Of a stretch of DNA of 64,000 nt, positions 52,801-64,000 are shown in pieces (within the stretch, counting starts at the first letter, position 1; each line of letters begins with the position of its first letter). The DNA comes from Lama glama. Taxonomy: Eukaryota. The translations under genes and the position numbers were made by a program. The stretch spans positions 89,592,001-89,656,000 of the forward strand of contig CM052816.1 in assembly GCA_028534125.1 (NCBI GenBank), written 5' to 3'. Below the pieces are notes generated by a model, which worked only from the letters and a program-made list of their open reading frames with translations, was not told the DNA's origin and ran no database searches.

Positions 52801-52889
52801 AAAGAGAAATTTATGGTTTATTCTTGTATTATAAATTTTCATATTTTAAAAATGTTGATTTTCTGTACTTAACCTTAAAAGCATCTATT

Positions 52890-53030
52890 GGTTTCTTAAA
52901 TTTCCCCTTTAGTATGTAGGCAGCTCCCTGAGAACACGAACCTCATCTCTAGTTCACTCCTGCATCCCTGATGTCCAGGGCTGCATCCAGTGAGGACGTG
53001 GTGATGAATACCTGCTGAAGTTGAATGACG
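52890..53030 (+). mobile_element. L2 3' end
   Basis: AGCTCCCTGAGAACACGAACC...GTTCACTCCTGCATCCCTG...AATACCTGCTGAAGTTGAATGA. Confidence 0.65.
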
Positions 53031-53408
53031 CCTTCAGAGGGAGTGATTTGTTGTCAGAAAATCTAAGATTCACCTAGGAACAAGCAACAACTGCGAAATA
53101 ATTCATGAAGTTTATTTGTCAGACTAATTTACCCTCAAATGAACATTAAATATTCTTATTAAACATCAATAAACAATTGGGCTAAATAATGGAAGAAAAG
53201 TGATTTTTGCAGGAGATAAAGTTATAAATGCTGGGAATCAATTTAGGAAATGTGCATAAATGTATTTTTTAATTAAACAATTAAACAATATAATAATAGA
53301 GATGTACAAATAGAAAAATGGACTTTATTTTTGACTAAAAAACTCAAAAGTTTTCAAAATGTTTCAAAATCATGTATTATTTTAAATCCAGTCATTCACA
53401 ATACCAGC

Positions 53409-53432
53409 CACACACACACACACACACACACA
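53409..53432 (+). repeat. (CA)12 microsatellite
   Basis: Counted directly. Confidence 0.95.
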
Positions 53433-55559
53433 TTTATAAATTTTCTTTGGAGTTTTAACAGTTACTTTGTCTGGAAGATTGTACTGGGAGAGATTGAATA
53501 AGAGGTTTCTTTAATTTTTTTAGGGTTATTGTTTTTTTATTTGACTAGCAGACTAACTCAATTTTCCCTTTAAATGCTTTTTGAAATACCTTAATACATT
53601 TTAATAATGAAATTAAAATATGGTACTACATATAAGTAAAATACATACTTTTGAAAACATCCAGTTTAATCAAAGATATCAGACCGTGTAGCACTGTTTT
53701 CAGTCATAATGAATGTGCAGATTAATATGACTTTTTCACCTAACTTTAAGGCCTCTTCATAAGAATTTAATTAAAAGAAACTAGGTACTCTTTCTAATTA
53801 ACAAGGCAAATTTAAATTGATTTAAAAAAGTGAATGATCGTAGCACTCACACAGTCTATGTCTTATACCTTGAGTTCAGATGTAGACTAACTTATTAGGC
53901 ATCTTTCTGGGTGGCATTTAGGGCCTTCAGAGCTTTTAACTGGCCTTGAAATATTTTTCACAGATGGTCAGGTTGTTAAGCAGATGGCTGTTTCCTTGAC
54001 CTTTCAAATTTTTGCTTTTCTTTTCATAATTACCTGTGCCTCATAATGGATCCAATTCTTTATTTTATATAATTAGCTTTTATATTTCTATTATGTGTCT
54101 GCTCTAAAGTATTACTTAAAGCAGAAAGAGTACATATATTCATACGTAGAAGATTTTTAATAAAATAACATTTTCTACTGGGTGAGAAATTTTGGAGTGG
54201 AATCATTTCCTGAATTCAAAGCCATATGCACCCATTAGCATGATGTGTGGATGGAATGGACATCTCTCCTTTCGCCGTTTCCTTAAACTAAAAGCTTTAT
54301 CTCACATGAATGTGGTATGGAAGGGAGAACGAGAGAGGCTACAGTGGGAGTAAATATCCTGTTCCCCATAATGAAGACAGAGAGGTCATTTTAGAGAGGA
54401 TCTATTATGCTTTGATCTGGTCATAAATGATGGTTCTGAACATTTATGCAGTGATGACATTGGCTGACTAAAGATTTGAATTATTGTTAATTTTCTGTTT
54501 TACCTCCTTTTTTTAATCTCATGTATTTTTCGTGTTTAACAGGTTCATTGGATATTTTTCCTGCTTTGGCTGCCCTTTTGAATTGGGGGAAATCTCAAGC
54601 TAGAAGGAAGCCAACCAAGCCATCTGCCATGGAAGCTGAAGACGGGTAGATAATCCCTTCCTTTCACTTCGGCAGCGTGGCATCTAAGCTCCCTGGTCAC
54701 ATCTCTCCTCCCTCCCACCACGGAAGGCTTTGAGTCTTGAGTAAATGAATCGAAAACATGATGACATTTATACAGTTTTGATAGCAGAATCAACAGAGTG
54801 CAGAGTCTAATCGCTTAGGACAAACTGTCCAAGGGAAGTGGAACCCAGCAGGAGAGTGGCTCCTGTCCAGACGCGGTTGTCCCCGTGGAAGAGGTCGTGA
54901 GGAACAACAGCAGTTTTCTGAGATGGCTAATCTTAGCAGTTTTTGTCTTTTTAGTTAATGTTTATTGAGCATGATTATCAGCAACCTTTTCCATATTAGG
55001 GGCAATCAAATCCTCTGCCATTAAATTTCATTTATGATTAACTAAGTGAAGTTATAGTCACATGGAAGCAAGAATTGCAACCAGTTTAGAATTTATTCTG
55101 GAAGAATTGGGATTAGTGCCAAGGGGAGAATATTGAAAATCCATCTGATTTGGAATGGTAAAAAATCTGGCAGCCAGTTTTCAAGCATTTAATCAATGTC
55201 ACCTGAAATAAATTTCTATTAAAGGCAAGTCTTATGGAACCAATGGCTCTCATCACTACACAAAACATATGGCACATGGACGTGAAGAAGCTAAGGAAGT
55301 GTGATAGCAGTCAATGAACAGCTAAAGAAACAAGATGACAGTCTAAAATCCTTCAATTCTCAACAGAAGTCAGGATCAGAAACCTTCCAACAAGCTTGCT
55401 TTAGAGAATTTCTGGATGTTATCTCTTAACTGAAGCAAATCAATCCAGTTTCTGGCCCTGGGTGTGCAGCTTGATTTGGCAAATGTGTTTTCTGTATACC
55501 AGTAAGCAGAGAACACTGGAAACAATTAAACACAAGTCACAGTACGCCTTTGCTCTGTG

Positions 55560-56430
55560 ACTTAATTTTGTATCACTCTCCATGTCTTAGTAAAGGAGAG
55601 CTATTCATTGACCTACCAGGACATCACAGGATCCACTTAATCAATAACATCTCGCTTATGGGACCTGAGAGACAAAATATATGAGGTTGTCCAGCTGCTT
55701 TGGCTGGAAAAATTCATGACAGATAGTGGAGAAACACCCCATCAAAATGAATGGGCCCACTACCAAGTCGGAGACTGCATTGTCAAGTTGAAGTTAAAAG
55801 CACAGTGCTATACTTTGCACTCTGACTCTCCTACCGCTAAGAAGGAGGAATAATTCTTTGAGGGCCTCACTGATTTTAAAGGGAATGTTTGTGATGTTTG
55901 TTCGTGCAACTCTAACCGATTTAAGGGTTTGAATGGTTCCCAGAATATGAAGAATTTATTTAAATGGCCCAGGGTTTGATTAAAAAAACTTTGTCACCAA
56001 GTGGCCTTTATGACCGATGGGATCCCATTCTACTCAAATCATAGGTGGCAAAATGCTATGTCATCTGAAGTGCAGAGTCTGGGAAAACCTGCATGGAGTA
56101 GTCACAGCTCACAGGCCTGCGTATTTGGAGAAAAGCTATACATACCCTCTCTGGTACGAAAACAACAACATTCTGTTCTTCTGACAAACTGCTTTGGCTA
56201 GCTCTTGGGCTCGAAGGGAAATGGAACTGACCATCAGAGAGCAAAAATTCATGCAAACTTAGCTTCCCATCTAGAATGGGGTTTTAGCTAATAGACCAAA
56301 CTGTGTATTAAAGTGTTTCTCACACAATCCCATTACTTTTTGTTATCAGTCAGCCAGTGTCTCCAACCATCTCAGTGCTTGCTCAGGGGACTGCTGACAA
56401 AGTGGCCATGGTGTCAGGGATAGAGGCATC
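55560..56430 (+). mobile_element. ERVL internal pol remnant
   Basis: CCAGGACATCACAGGATCCACTTAATCAATAACATC resembles PQDITLVHYIDDI codons. CTCCTACCGCTAAGAAGGAG resembles PPTTKKE. GTGGCCATGGTGTCAGGGATAGAGG resembles ERVL integrase SGHGGRDG. Confidence 0.65.
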
Positions 56431-56849
56431 AGAGATGCCCCCTGTCTAATCTAGGCTTCTCTGGACACTTTCTGAGGTACTGATCTGTCTACAGTATACC
56501 AGGCAGGGTCCAGTAAGGAAAAACAAACTACTCCAGGTATTTTAAGCAGACATGGATCAAATGCAGGTGTTGTGAGCCAAAATACACAGTTGACATCTAT
56601 GGTTTGCAAGCAAGACTTGAGTGATAAAAATATATATATTAGGTATATTAAATGCATATTAGGGACCAATATTATTGGCGTATATTCTGTTTCTTTCATC
56701 TTTTAGACATTCTTTGATTTTTAATTCAGTGTTTTTTTAATATATACAGAATATATTTCAAGATCTATGTTGAATTGTATAAATCCATAGATGGGCATGA
56801 TAGACACAGATTCTGATCAGTTGTTGGTGGTGGTGTTGTGAATTAGGAG

Positions 56850-57160
56850 GAGGTTGGAAGAAATAGCTGGCATTTCAGCCCCGGACAGGTTGAAAATGCA
56901 GAACTCTTGAGATATCAAAATGTGGAGTCCTGAGCCTTTTAACGTGGAGCTTAGGAGTTAAGTCTGGGCTGAAAACCCAGATTTGAGGATATTGATTTCT
57001 GCTTCATTGTCGATGACCTAATTTGGGATCAGAACAACCAGGGAAAGTATGGAATGAACTCCTCTCACCAAATAAAAGCAGTGGGAGAACTGAGTCTTAC
57101 AGATCACTGCCATAATAAGGGGAGGAATTATAGAAGAATCAAGATGAAACCAAGCAGTGT
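56850..57160 (-). mobile_element. L2 fragment
   Basis: GAGATATCAAAATG...GGAGCTTAGGAG...GTCTGGGCTGAAAACCCAGATTTG. Confidence 0.6.
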
Positions 57161-57271
57161 CTAACTCATATTTCAAAAAATCATACTCGAATCCTAATCT
57201 CATGGACAACATTTTTTTTTACCAAAAATCTGATTCAACTTGATCTGTTTTAACATATAAATAGCTCTGAT

Positions 57272-57520
57272 GGGGAGACAGTATTACATAATGGTTAGAA
57301 CATGGGTTCTGGAACTAGAACATGGGTTCTAGCTTTACTGTAAGGTACCATCTATGATCTTGAGCAAGGTGCTTTAACTCTGGGCCAGATTCCTTTTCCG
57401 TGACATGGGGATGTTAGAATAGCTACTTACTAGGCTAATTATAAACAGTTACATAATATGCACAATGTGCTAAAGAGAGTTCTGATTCACAGTAGGTTCT
57501 CAGAATACGTTAGTCATTAA
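57272..57520 (+). mobile_element. MIR, near full length
   Basis: ACAGTATTACATAATGGTTAGAACATGGGTTCTGGA...TGATCTTGAGCAAG...CACAGTAGGTTCTCAGAATACGTTAG. Confidence 0.8.
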
Positions 57521-57879
57521 TTTTGCACATTTACCTGCAGGTATTGGTTATAAATATCTACCTTTATATTCATTTTCTCTAATACAGTGACTTACTTATG
57601 GCACTTGTTCAATAAATCTTTGTGGAATCAGGTGATTTACAATTTTAAAGTTTATTTCACATGTCTTTTCAGACTCACAGAATTAACATTTGGAAGTAGT
57701 CATCCTGTACAGCTGCTAATAACTAAATTACTTGGACAGGGGATGTGCTGTATATCACTGAGAATCCAAAATAAAGAGGAGCATCATGTCCCGAGGCACT
57801 GCCTCTAACTCTGGATGTGATTTCCATATCAAACAGCCACAGACTTCTGTTGATTCCCCAGGTGTTCACTGACCACAGG

Positions 57880-58070
57880 CAAAACCCCCTGAGGATGTCT
57901 TACCTTTATTTCTGTTAAGTGCCATACTGTGCTTTGAACTTGTTGATTTTTCAACGTAGCCAACGGAATTTACATTTGTAACATTTCACCCTGTCAAATT
58001 CAGCCTGTTCATTAAGGCTGTGGAGATCGTGGGGTATCTTGATTTTGTCCAAATATCACTGATATAAAAT
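57880..58070 (-). mobile_element. L3/CR1 LINE fragment
   Basis: TTGATTTTTCAAC...TTTACATTTG...TTTCACCCTGTCAAATTCAGCC...GGAGATC...ATCTTGATTTTGTC. Confidence 0.6.
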
Positions 58071-58239
58071 GATCTTATAAGAATTAACTCTACTTTTTTG
58101 ATTGACTTGTTAAGAGGCATTTATGAAATTGTTCATTTTCAATCTCCCAATTACGGTAATACGACTGCTATTGATAGGAGTCCTGATGTCATTTAAAAGA
58201 GGAGCCAGTCTTCTCCATGCCAGTTTTTAAATCAGCACT

Positions 58240-58700
58240 GTGTTAAATAATCTCTATTTACTCTTCCAGATCCTCTCTCTACCCTTCATTCTGATCAATG
58301 CCCAGTAACCTGTAGACTGACTTCTATAGAATGACCCACCTGTCTGTAGCTTTCAGTTGGATTGGACCAATGGAAGGCACTAACAGTAGACTGGAAGATG
58401 AGACAGAGAGAGAGAGAACAGGGTATCTGTTTTCCATGTGTCCTCCTTTCAGGCCATTAGTATCAAAGTGACTGTGTTTCTTCATCTGTGGCTAGAGGTT
58501 TCAGAGCTGCAGGTCCTTCCAGATTTTGGTAACCTCTTGAATCCCTTGCTCCTTCAGACCTGGTTGTACTAATGATTTCACAGGATGTGATACCTTTGTT
58601 ACCCTTGTTGGTCCATAATTCTATAAACAGTCCTTTTAAAAACTGTCTTAAATTAGGTGTCCTGTGTTTTTTTCTGCCAGGAATCAGACTGCTATGTACT
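58240..58700 (+). mobile_element. LTR33-like ERVL LTR
   Basis: TGTTAAATAATCTCTATTTACTCTTCCAGATCC...GTTGGATTGGACCAATGGAAGGCAC...TAAACAGTCC...TTTCTGCCAGGA. Confidence 0.75.
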
Positions 58701-61582
58701 ATGTATGTATGCATGTATATATTAAGATTTTTACTGAAATTTTTTTCCTTTGGTGTCTTAAATTTAAGCAATGTTATCCCATGAAACATGAATTTTAGCA
58801 ATTTATTCCATGAAAATGTTTTTATACAGCATTATGTTGGTGGTAAGAAGAAAGACCTATTACTATTAAGTAAATTATATTTTACATAATATCACATTTT
58901 TGACAGTTTAATAGAAACAAGTTTGTTATTTGCATTATACCTATGGTCTCATATGGTATTATTACATATTTTGATTATCAGGTTATTTTTTAGAATCTTT
59001 AATCTGTAGATGTTGGACTCCATGCTAGAGAAATTTTCTACAAAAAAGATAGCCTACATAGATGCAGCAAGTTAGGAAAAGAGAATTATTTTTCACAAAC
59101 TTCAAAGGAAGATGGAAAAAAATGGAATTGGATAAAGGTAATAAAAGAAAAAAAATTAACATACACCAAAAAAAAAAAGTCAGTTGAATTTATTTAGAAT
59201 CACACACATTTCACAGCTGCAACACTAACAAGGGAACATGTATCAGTCAGTAACTACCCCTCGTTACTCACTCAAATTCATGTGACTTAAAACTAGACTC
59301 ATGCTCCTAATTGGTGTGGGATCAACTTCTCTGCAACAATTGCTGATTTATTTCTATTCTGCAATTCACTCTTGGGTTTTTAAACTTGCAAATTTAATAG
59401 AAATAGAGAAAATGAAATTCATAGAACATGTTTTATTAACCAAAGGGCATATTACATTTGTTGGGAACTGAACTTATTTTCTTTAAATTTCCATACAAAT
59501 TTTTTTTCTTATCAATTCTATCATTGATTAATTGTATACTTTTCAAGAATATTAGGTAATGGTTAGACATAATAGATTGTAAAAATATACATTTATTAAT
59601 ATAAACCTATTAATCTTTCTTTCAAACTTTCTTTTTTTTAAATATGAGAGATTTGGGAAGGAAAGTGGGAAAGGAGAGAGAAAGAAGAGAGAGGGTGGAA
59701 GAATGAACTAGAGGAATATCTTACCTTTAGTCTCTAAAAGGGACTTCAGCTGATTAAATCTTTATTAAAATCAGTAACATGACGTTGTATTACATGTGAA
59801 CTGTGAGTCCATTCAAGCATCCCTGTGACTATCTTTCAAATGGAATTTTCTCAAAAATTTGAAAAATTAGATGATTTCCAATTAATCTTCCATTCATTTT
59901 CTTGAAATTACAGGCATAGACACATCATTTTCTAGTAGATATCTTTGAAATAGATGGTAGTAACCATATTAGCACAACATGGAGTGAGGGAGCTCATTGG
60001 AAAAACAGCACAACATATCTGAAAACATTTACCTTGTGATTAGAATTTGAGACAACTCCGCAGGAAACAAAAATGCTTAATTTTCCTTTGTCTAGTATAT
60101 ACTGGTGACTCTCCAGCAAAAGTATGCAAAACTTTAAATTAAGTTTAAATACACATAGAATGGTTGTGGAATAGCATATTTTACTTTGTAATATTTGAAC
60201 TTAAAAAAATTGAAGCAACTCATATACATATATATATGAGTTATGTATGTGCTACATATATATCATGTAAAGATTGAATGTTTTTGATAATTATTATTAA
60301 AATCAGTATATTATATTATAATTTTTTATTATAAGGGTAAAAATTAATCTAAATCTTACAGGATGACTAATATAATGCAAGAAAATTATTATTTTCTACT
60401 GGATGTGCCTAATGAAATATTTATTACAATTATTTAATTTTAGATGATATAACAAAACAAAAAGTCCTGCAATTAAAAATAGACCAAGAAAAGTTCCTAC
60501 AATAACAACAACAAAATTGATAACACTTATTTATATCAGAATTGATTTCACTTATTATGGAAATCAGATTATTACATTAAAAATAGATTAAGAGAGAATA
60601 TGTTTTAATGTTTTTAAACCTCATGACATGTAATTATATTTATTGAAGTTGCTATATATTCTACGTTTTTATAGGTGTGCAAGCTTTTGTCACAAGAAAG
60701 CTTAATTCCTGGAAAACTACCTTGGTGTTTAAAAGAACCATCAGTTGTATTCTTTTTGAGTTTTTCAAAGTTTGCAAAATGGATTTAAAATAGAAAGATT
60801 CCTAGCAATTAACTTTCTTGCTATCCAGAAACAAGCAATCCAGGAGTTAATTTACTTAAAAGGCATGCTGAGCTTGTTCAGTGGAACTACCATGGCTACA
60901 ATTTGCCATGTGTGATTATTTCATTAACATGGAATAGTGGGGAAAGGCAGTGGTAAGAATTAAAAAAAAAAAAAATCCAACAACTAAACAGTACAGACTT
61001 CTGCATTTCTTCTTGGTTTTGAAAGAGCAAACCTTTTTAAACAGTCCGCCAGTTAAGAGAGAGAGCGAATGAGAGAGAGAGATTACCACAAAGAGGATTT
61101 CCAATTTTGACCAATGGGAGACAGGCTCAGAACAACCCTCCAGGCCAAGAATACCATGCTGTCAGCAAAAGTATTGTGTAAATATATGTTGGTTCTTTTA
61201 AATATTTAGTGATCATAGCAGATCTTCAACTTCACTGCCCCCTTACCTGTTGAATTTCAAGCCTTTCCAAAGTTCTGGCAAATTGTGCTTTCTTCCAGTA
61301 CAATTGTTCTCTATACATATTTTATGCTGTGACTTCCTTTTTCTTGTTAATTAATTTTTCCATCACCCTTCGATTCTGATAAATATTTGTATTAATATTT
61401 AAATCTCATCTACTGCATCATCTCATTCTATTTGTTTTTTTTTTTTGGTCCTTCTAAGTACATAATTCTCTTCATTTACTATTATTTTAGTTGGTTATCA
61501 GGGACTTGGAATGAATAAGCATTTGCATTCAGTTTTCCTATTTTAACTCAAAGGCAGATATATAAAGAAAATCTGTAAATTA

Positions 61583-61660
61583 GAGTTCATGTTTTTTGAG
61601 CATGAACCACCCATTCTCCTTGCTTGGCCCTGCAATAAACCTTTCTCTGCACCAAACAAA
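61583..61660 (+). mobile_element. Polyadenylated ERV LTR U3/R tail (retroposed LTR transcript end)
   Basis: Similar to 8639-8712; AATAAA at 61634-61639, then an A-rich tail; imperfect 15-bp TSD. Confidence 0.7.
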
Positions 61661-62384
61661 AAGGTATAAATTAAATTCTAGTTAAATAAAACAATTAATT
61701 CAAATAATTGAAAGGTATTTTAATGATAATTTACTATTTGTTATTTGCAACTCAAAATATTTTTTCTTCAGTTTTCCCCAAGATTTCAACCTGAGTACAA
61801 ATGTGTTTAGTGAACTAGAAATAACATAATCATAAAATTTTTCTTCTTTACACTCCCTCCCAATTGCTACAACTAACTTAATCATAAAGTTTAGATACTG
61901 GTTAATAAGCAGAACTTAAATAAAAATTTTTATAATTTTTAAATGTCAATTCATATTTTACTTTACCAAAGGAGCCCAACAAAAAGCAAGAATCCTGATA
62001 TTCAGCATTTGCCACCTGAATAGCACTAAAGTTAAACTTTTCAGAACTGTTTCATTTTCAGACTTAAGTCTAATAAAAGAAAGTGACTCCTTAAATAAGA
62101 TTATGATCTGCACATACTTTTAAAAAGGTTTAATACAAAACCCCAAAATATCTCATATGATTTCAAACAGAATGAATACAAGAAAAAAATTAAGATTTTT
62201 CCAACATTTCTTTTCTATAAATTGATTTATACTCCTATGACATGAAAAAAAGTAGTTCAAAGTGAATAGTCCTTATATTTTAGATATTGCTTTTAAGCTA
62301 CAATAATAATAATGAAGAAGACATGTATTGGCTTCAATATTTTATGTCTGTTAGGCAAGGGTAACTATACAATTAAGAGTTATT

Positions 62385-62850
62385 ATTGTTTGTTATTATT
62401 GTTTTAAAAAATTTTTTTAGATTCCACATATCAGTGAAATTCTACAGTATTGCATATTTCATCATCTGACATATCACTTAGCAAGGTCCATTCATGTTGT
62501 CCCAAATATAGGATTTCATTATTTTATGAATGAGTAATATTTATAGATAGTAGATAGATAAAGAGATAGATAGATAGATATCACATCTTTATCTATTCAT
62601 TCATTAATGAACACTTAGGTAGTTTCCATATCTTGGCTATTATAGATAATATTGCATTTATCATTTTGAATTAGTTTTTTTGTTTTCTTCAGATATTTAC
62701 CCAGAAGTGGAATTGCTGGATCATACAGTAGTTTTATTTTTAATTTTTAAGGAATTTTCATACTGTTTTCCATAGTGTATGCACCAATTTACATTCCCAC
62801 AAACAGTGCATAATGGTTTATTTCTCTCCACATCCTCAGCAACACTTACT
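62385..62850 (-). mobile_element. L1 3' portion (ORF2 end), with embedded (GATA)n at about 62545-62580
   Basis: TTAGATTCCACATATCAGTG...GGTCCATTCATGTTGT...CCAGAAGTGGAATTGCTGGATCATA...CACATCCTCAGCAACACTT. Confidence 0.92.
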
Positions 62851-64000
62851 GTTATTCAACACAATATTGGAAGTCCTCACCACAGAAATCACACAAGAAA
62901 AAGAAATAAAAGTCATCTAAGTTGGAAAGGAAAAATTAAAACTCACTGTTTTTAGATGACATACTATTATATGTAGAAAACCCTGTAGACTCCACAAGAA
63001 AAGTATTAGAACTGATAAATAAATTCAAGAAAGATGCAGACTACAAAATTAATATGCAGAGATCTGTAGCATTTCTATATACTAACAAAGAACTAGGAGA
63101 AAGAGAAATTATGAAAACACCATTTACTATTGCATAAAAAACACCTAGGATTAAATTTAACCGAAGGGGTGAAAAACCCATTAGTCTGCAAACTAGAAGA
63201 CATTGATGAAAGAAACTGAAGATGACACAAGTAAATGGAAAGAAAAACCATGCTCGTGGATTGGAAGAAGAATATTGTTAAAATGTCCATACTACTCAAA
63301 GCAATCTACAGATTCAATGCAATCCCTACCAAAATACAGCATTTTTCACAGAACTAAAACAAATAATCATAAAATTTGTATGGAACTACAAAAAACACTG
63401 AATAGCCAAAACAATGCTGAGAAATAAAGACAGAGCTAGAAGTATCACACTTCCTGGTTTCAAACTATACTACAAAACTAGAGTAATCAAAACATGTTAC
63501 TGTCACAAAAATAGATACATAGACCAATAGAACAGAATAGAAAGCCCAGAAATAAATCCACAATTATATGAGTAACTAATCTTTGACAAAGCAGGCAAGA
63601 ACATATAATGGGGAAAAGACAGTCTCTTTAATATATGGTGTTGAGAAAACTGGACAGCTACATGTATAAGAATGAAATGGATCACCTTTTTAATACCACA
63701 CACAAAAGTAAACTCAAAATAAGTCAAAGACTTAAACATAGAACCCGAAGCCAAAAAACTCCTAGGGGGTGGGGGGAACATAGGAAATGTGTTCTTTCTT
63801 TGACATAAATCTTAGCAATTTTTTTTTGGATCTCTCAACCCAGACAAGGGCAATAAAAGCAGAAATAAACAAATAGTACTACATCAAACTAAAATAGCTT
63901 TTGCACAGTGAAGGAAATTATCACCAAAATGAAAAGGCAACCTACTGAATGGGAGAAATATTTGCAAATGATATTTCCAATAAGGGTTACTATCCAAATT
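62851..64000 (+). mobile_element. L1 ORF2 (RT and downstream), inverted relative to the adjacent 3' piece; disrupted
   Basis: TTATTCAACACAATATTGGAAGTCCTC (LFNTILEVL); SLFLDDILLYVENP from 62943 (the L1 FADD motif mutated); ORF-track piece KWKEKPCSWIGR; frameshifts and stops. Confidence 0.95.

Noticed and set aside
63093..63781. ORFs near the right end as host genes
   Set aside because: Broken L1 ORF2 pieces or their antisense.
1..64000. CRISPR arrays, operons, rRNA or prokaryotic defence systems
   Set aside because: The sequence is mammalian and repeat-rich, with no regularly spaced repeat-spacer array or dense coding. The only tandem repeats are microsatellites and short duplications (e.g. 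TATCAATCATAG twice near 47890).

Overview
AT-rich mammalian genomic DNA, not prokaryotic. It is most likely from a camelid, because the tRNA-derived SINE at 7.6 kb and the L1 3' ends resemble camelid types as I recall them. There are three assembly gaps (500, 100 and 500 N). No intact protein-coding gene is visible, and the ORF track is essentially noise, repeat-derived or spanning gaps. The window is dominated by interspersed repeats: L1, L2, MIR, L3/CR1, MaLR/ERVL/ERV1 LTRs and hAT DNA elements. All repeat family names come from remembered consensus sequences, not from a database search. The points of interest are: (i) two minus-strand retroposed cellular transcripts, one about 1.6 kb, splitting an MLT1D LTR and carrying an apparent intron end, last coding exon and 3'UTR; (ii) a candidate 3'-terminal exon of an unidentified minus-strand gene at about 35.8-36.3 kb, with several possible upstream small exons including an 11-nt microexon; (iii) an apparent locally templated ~95-bp insertion inside an MLT1B that is itself nested in a MER63; (iv) a polyadenylated, TSD-flanked ERV LTR tail; (v) a twin-priming-type inverted L1. 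I found no evidence of a novel multi-gene system.
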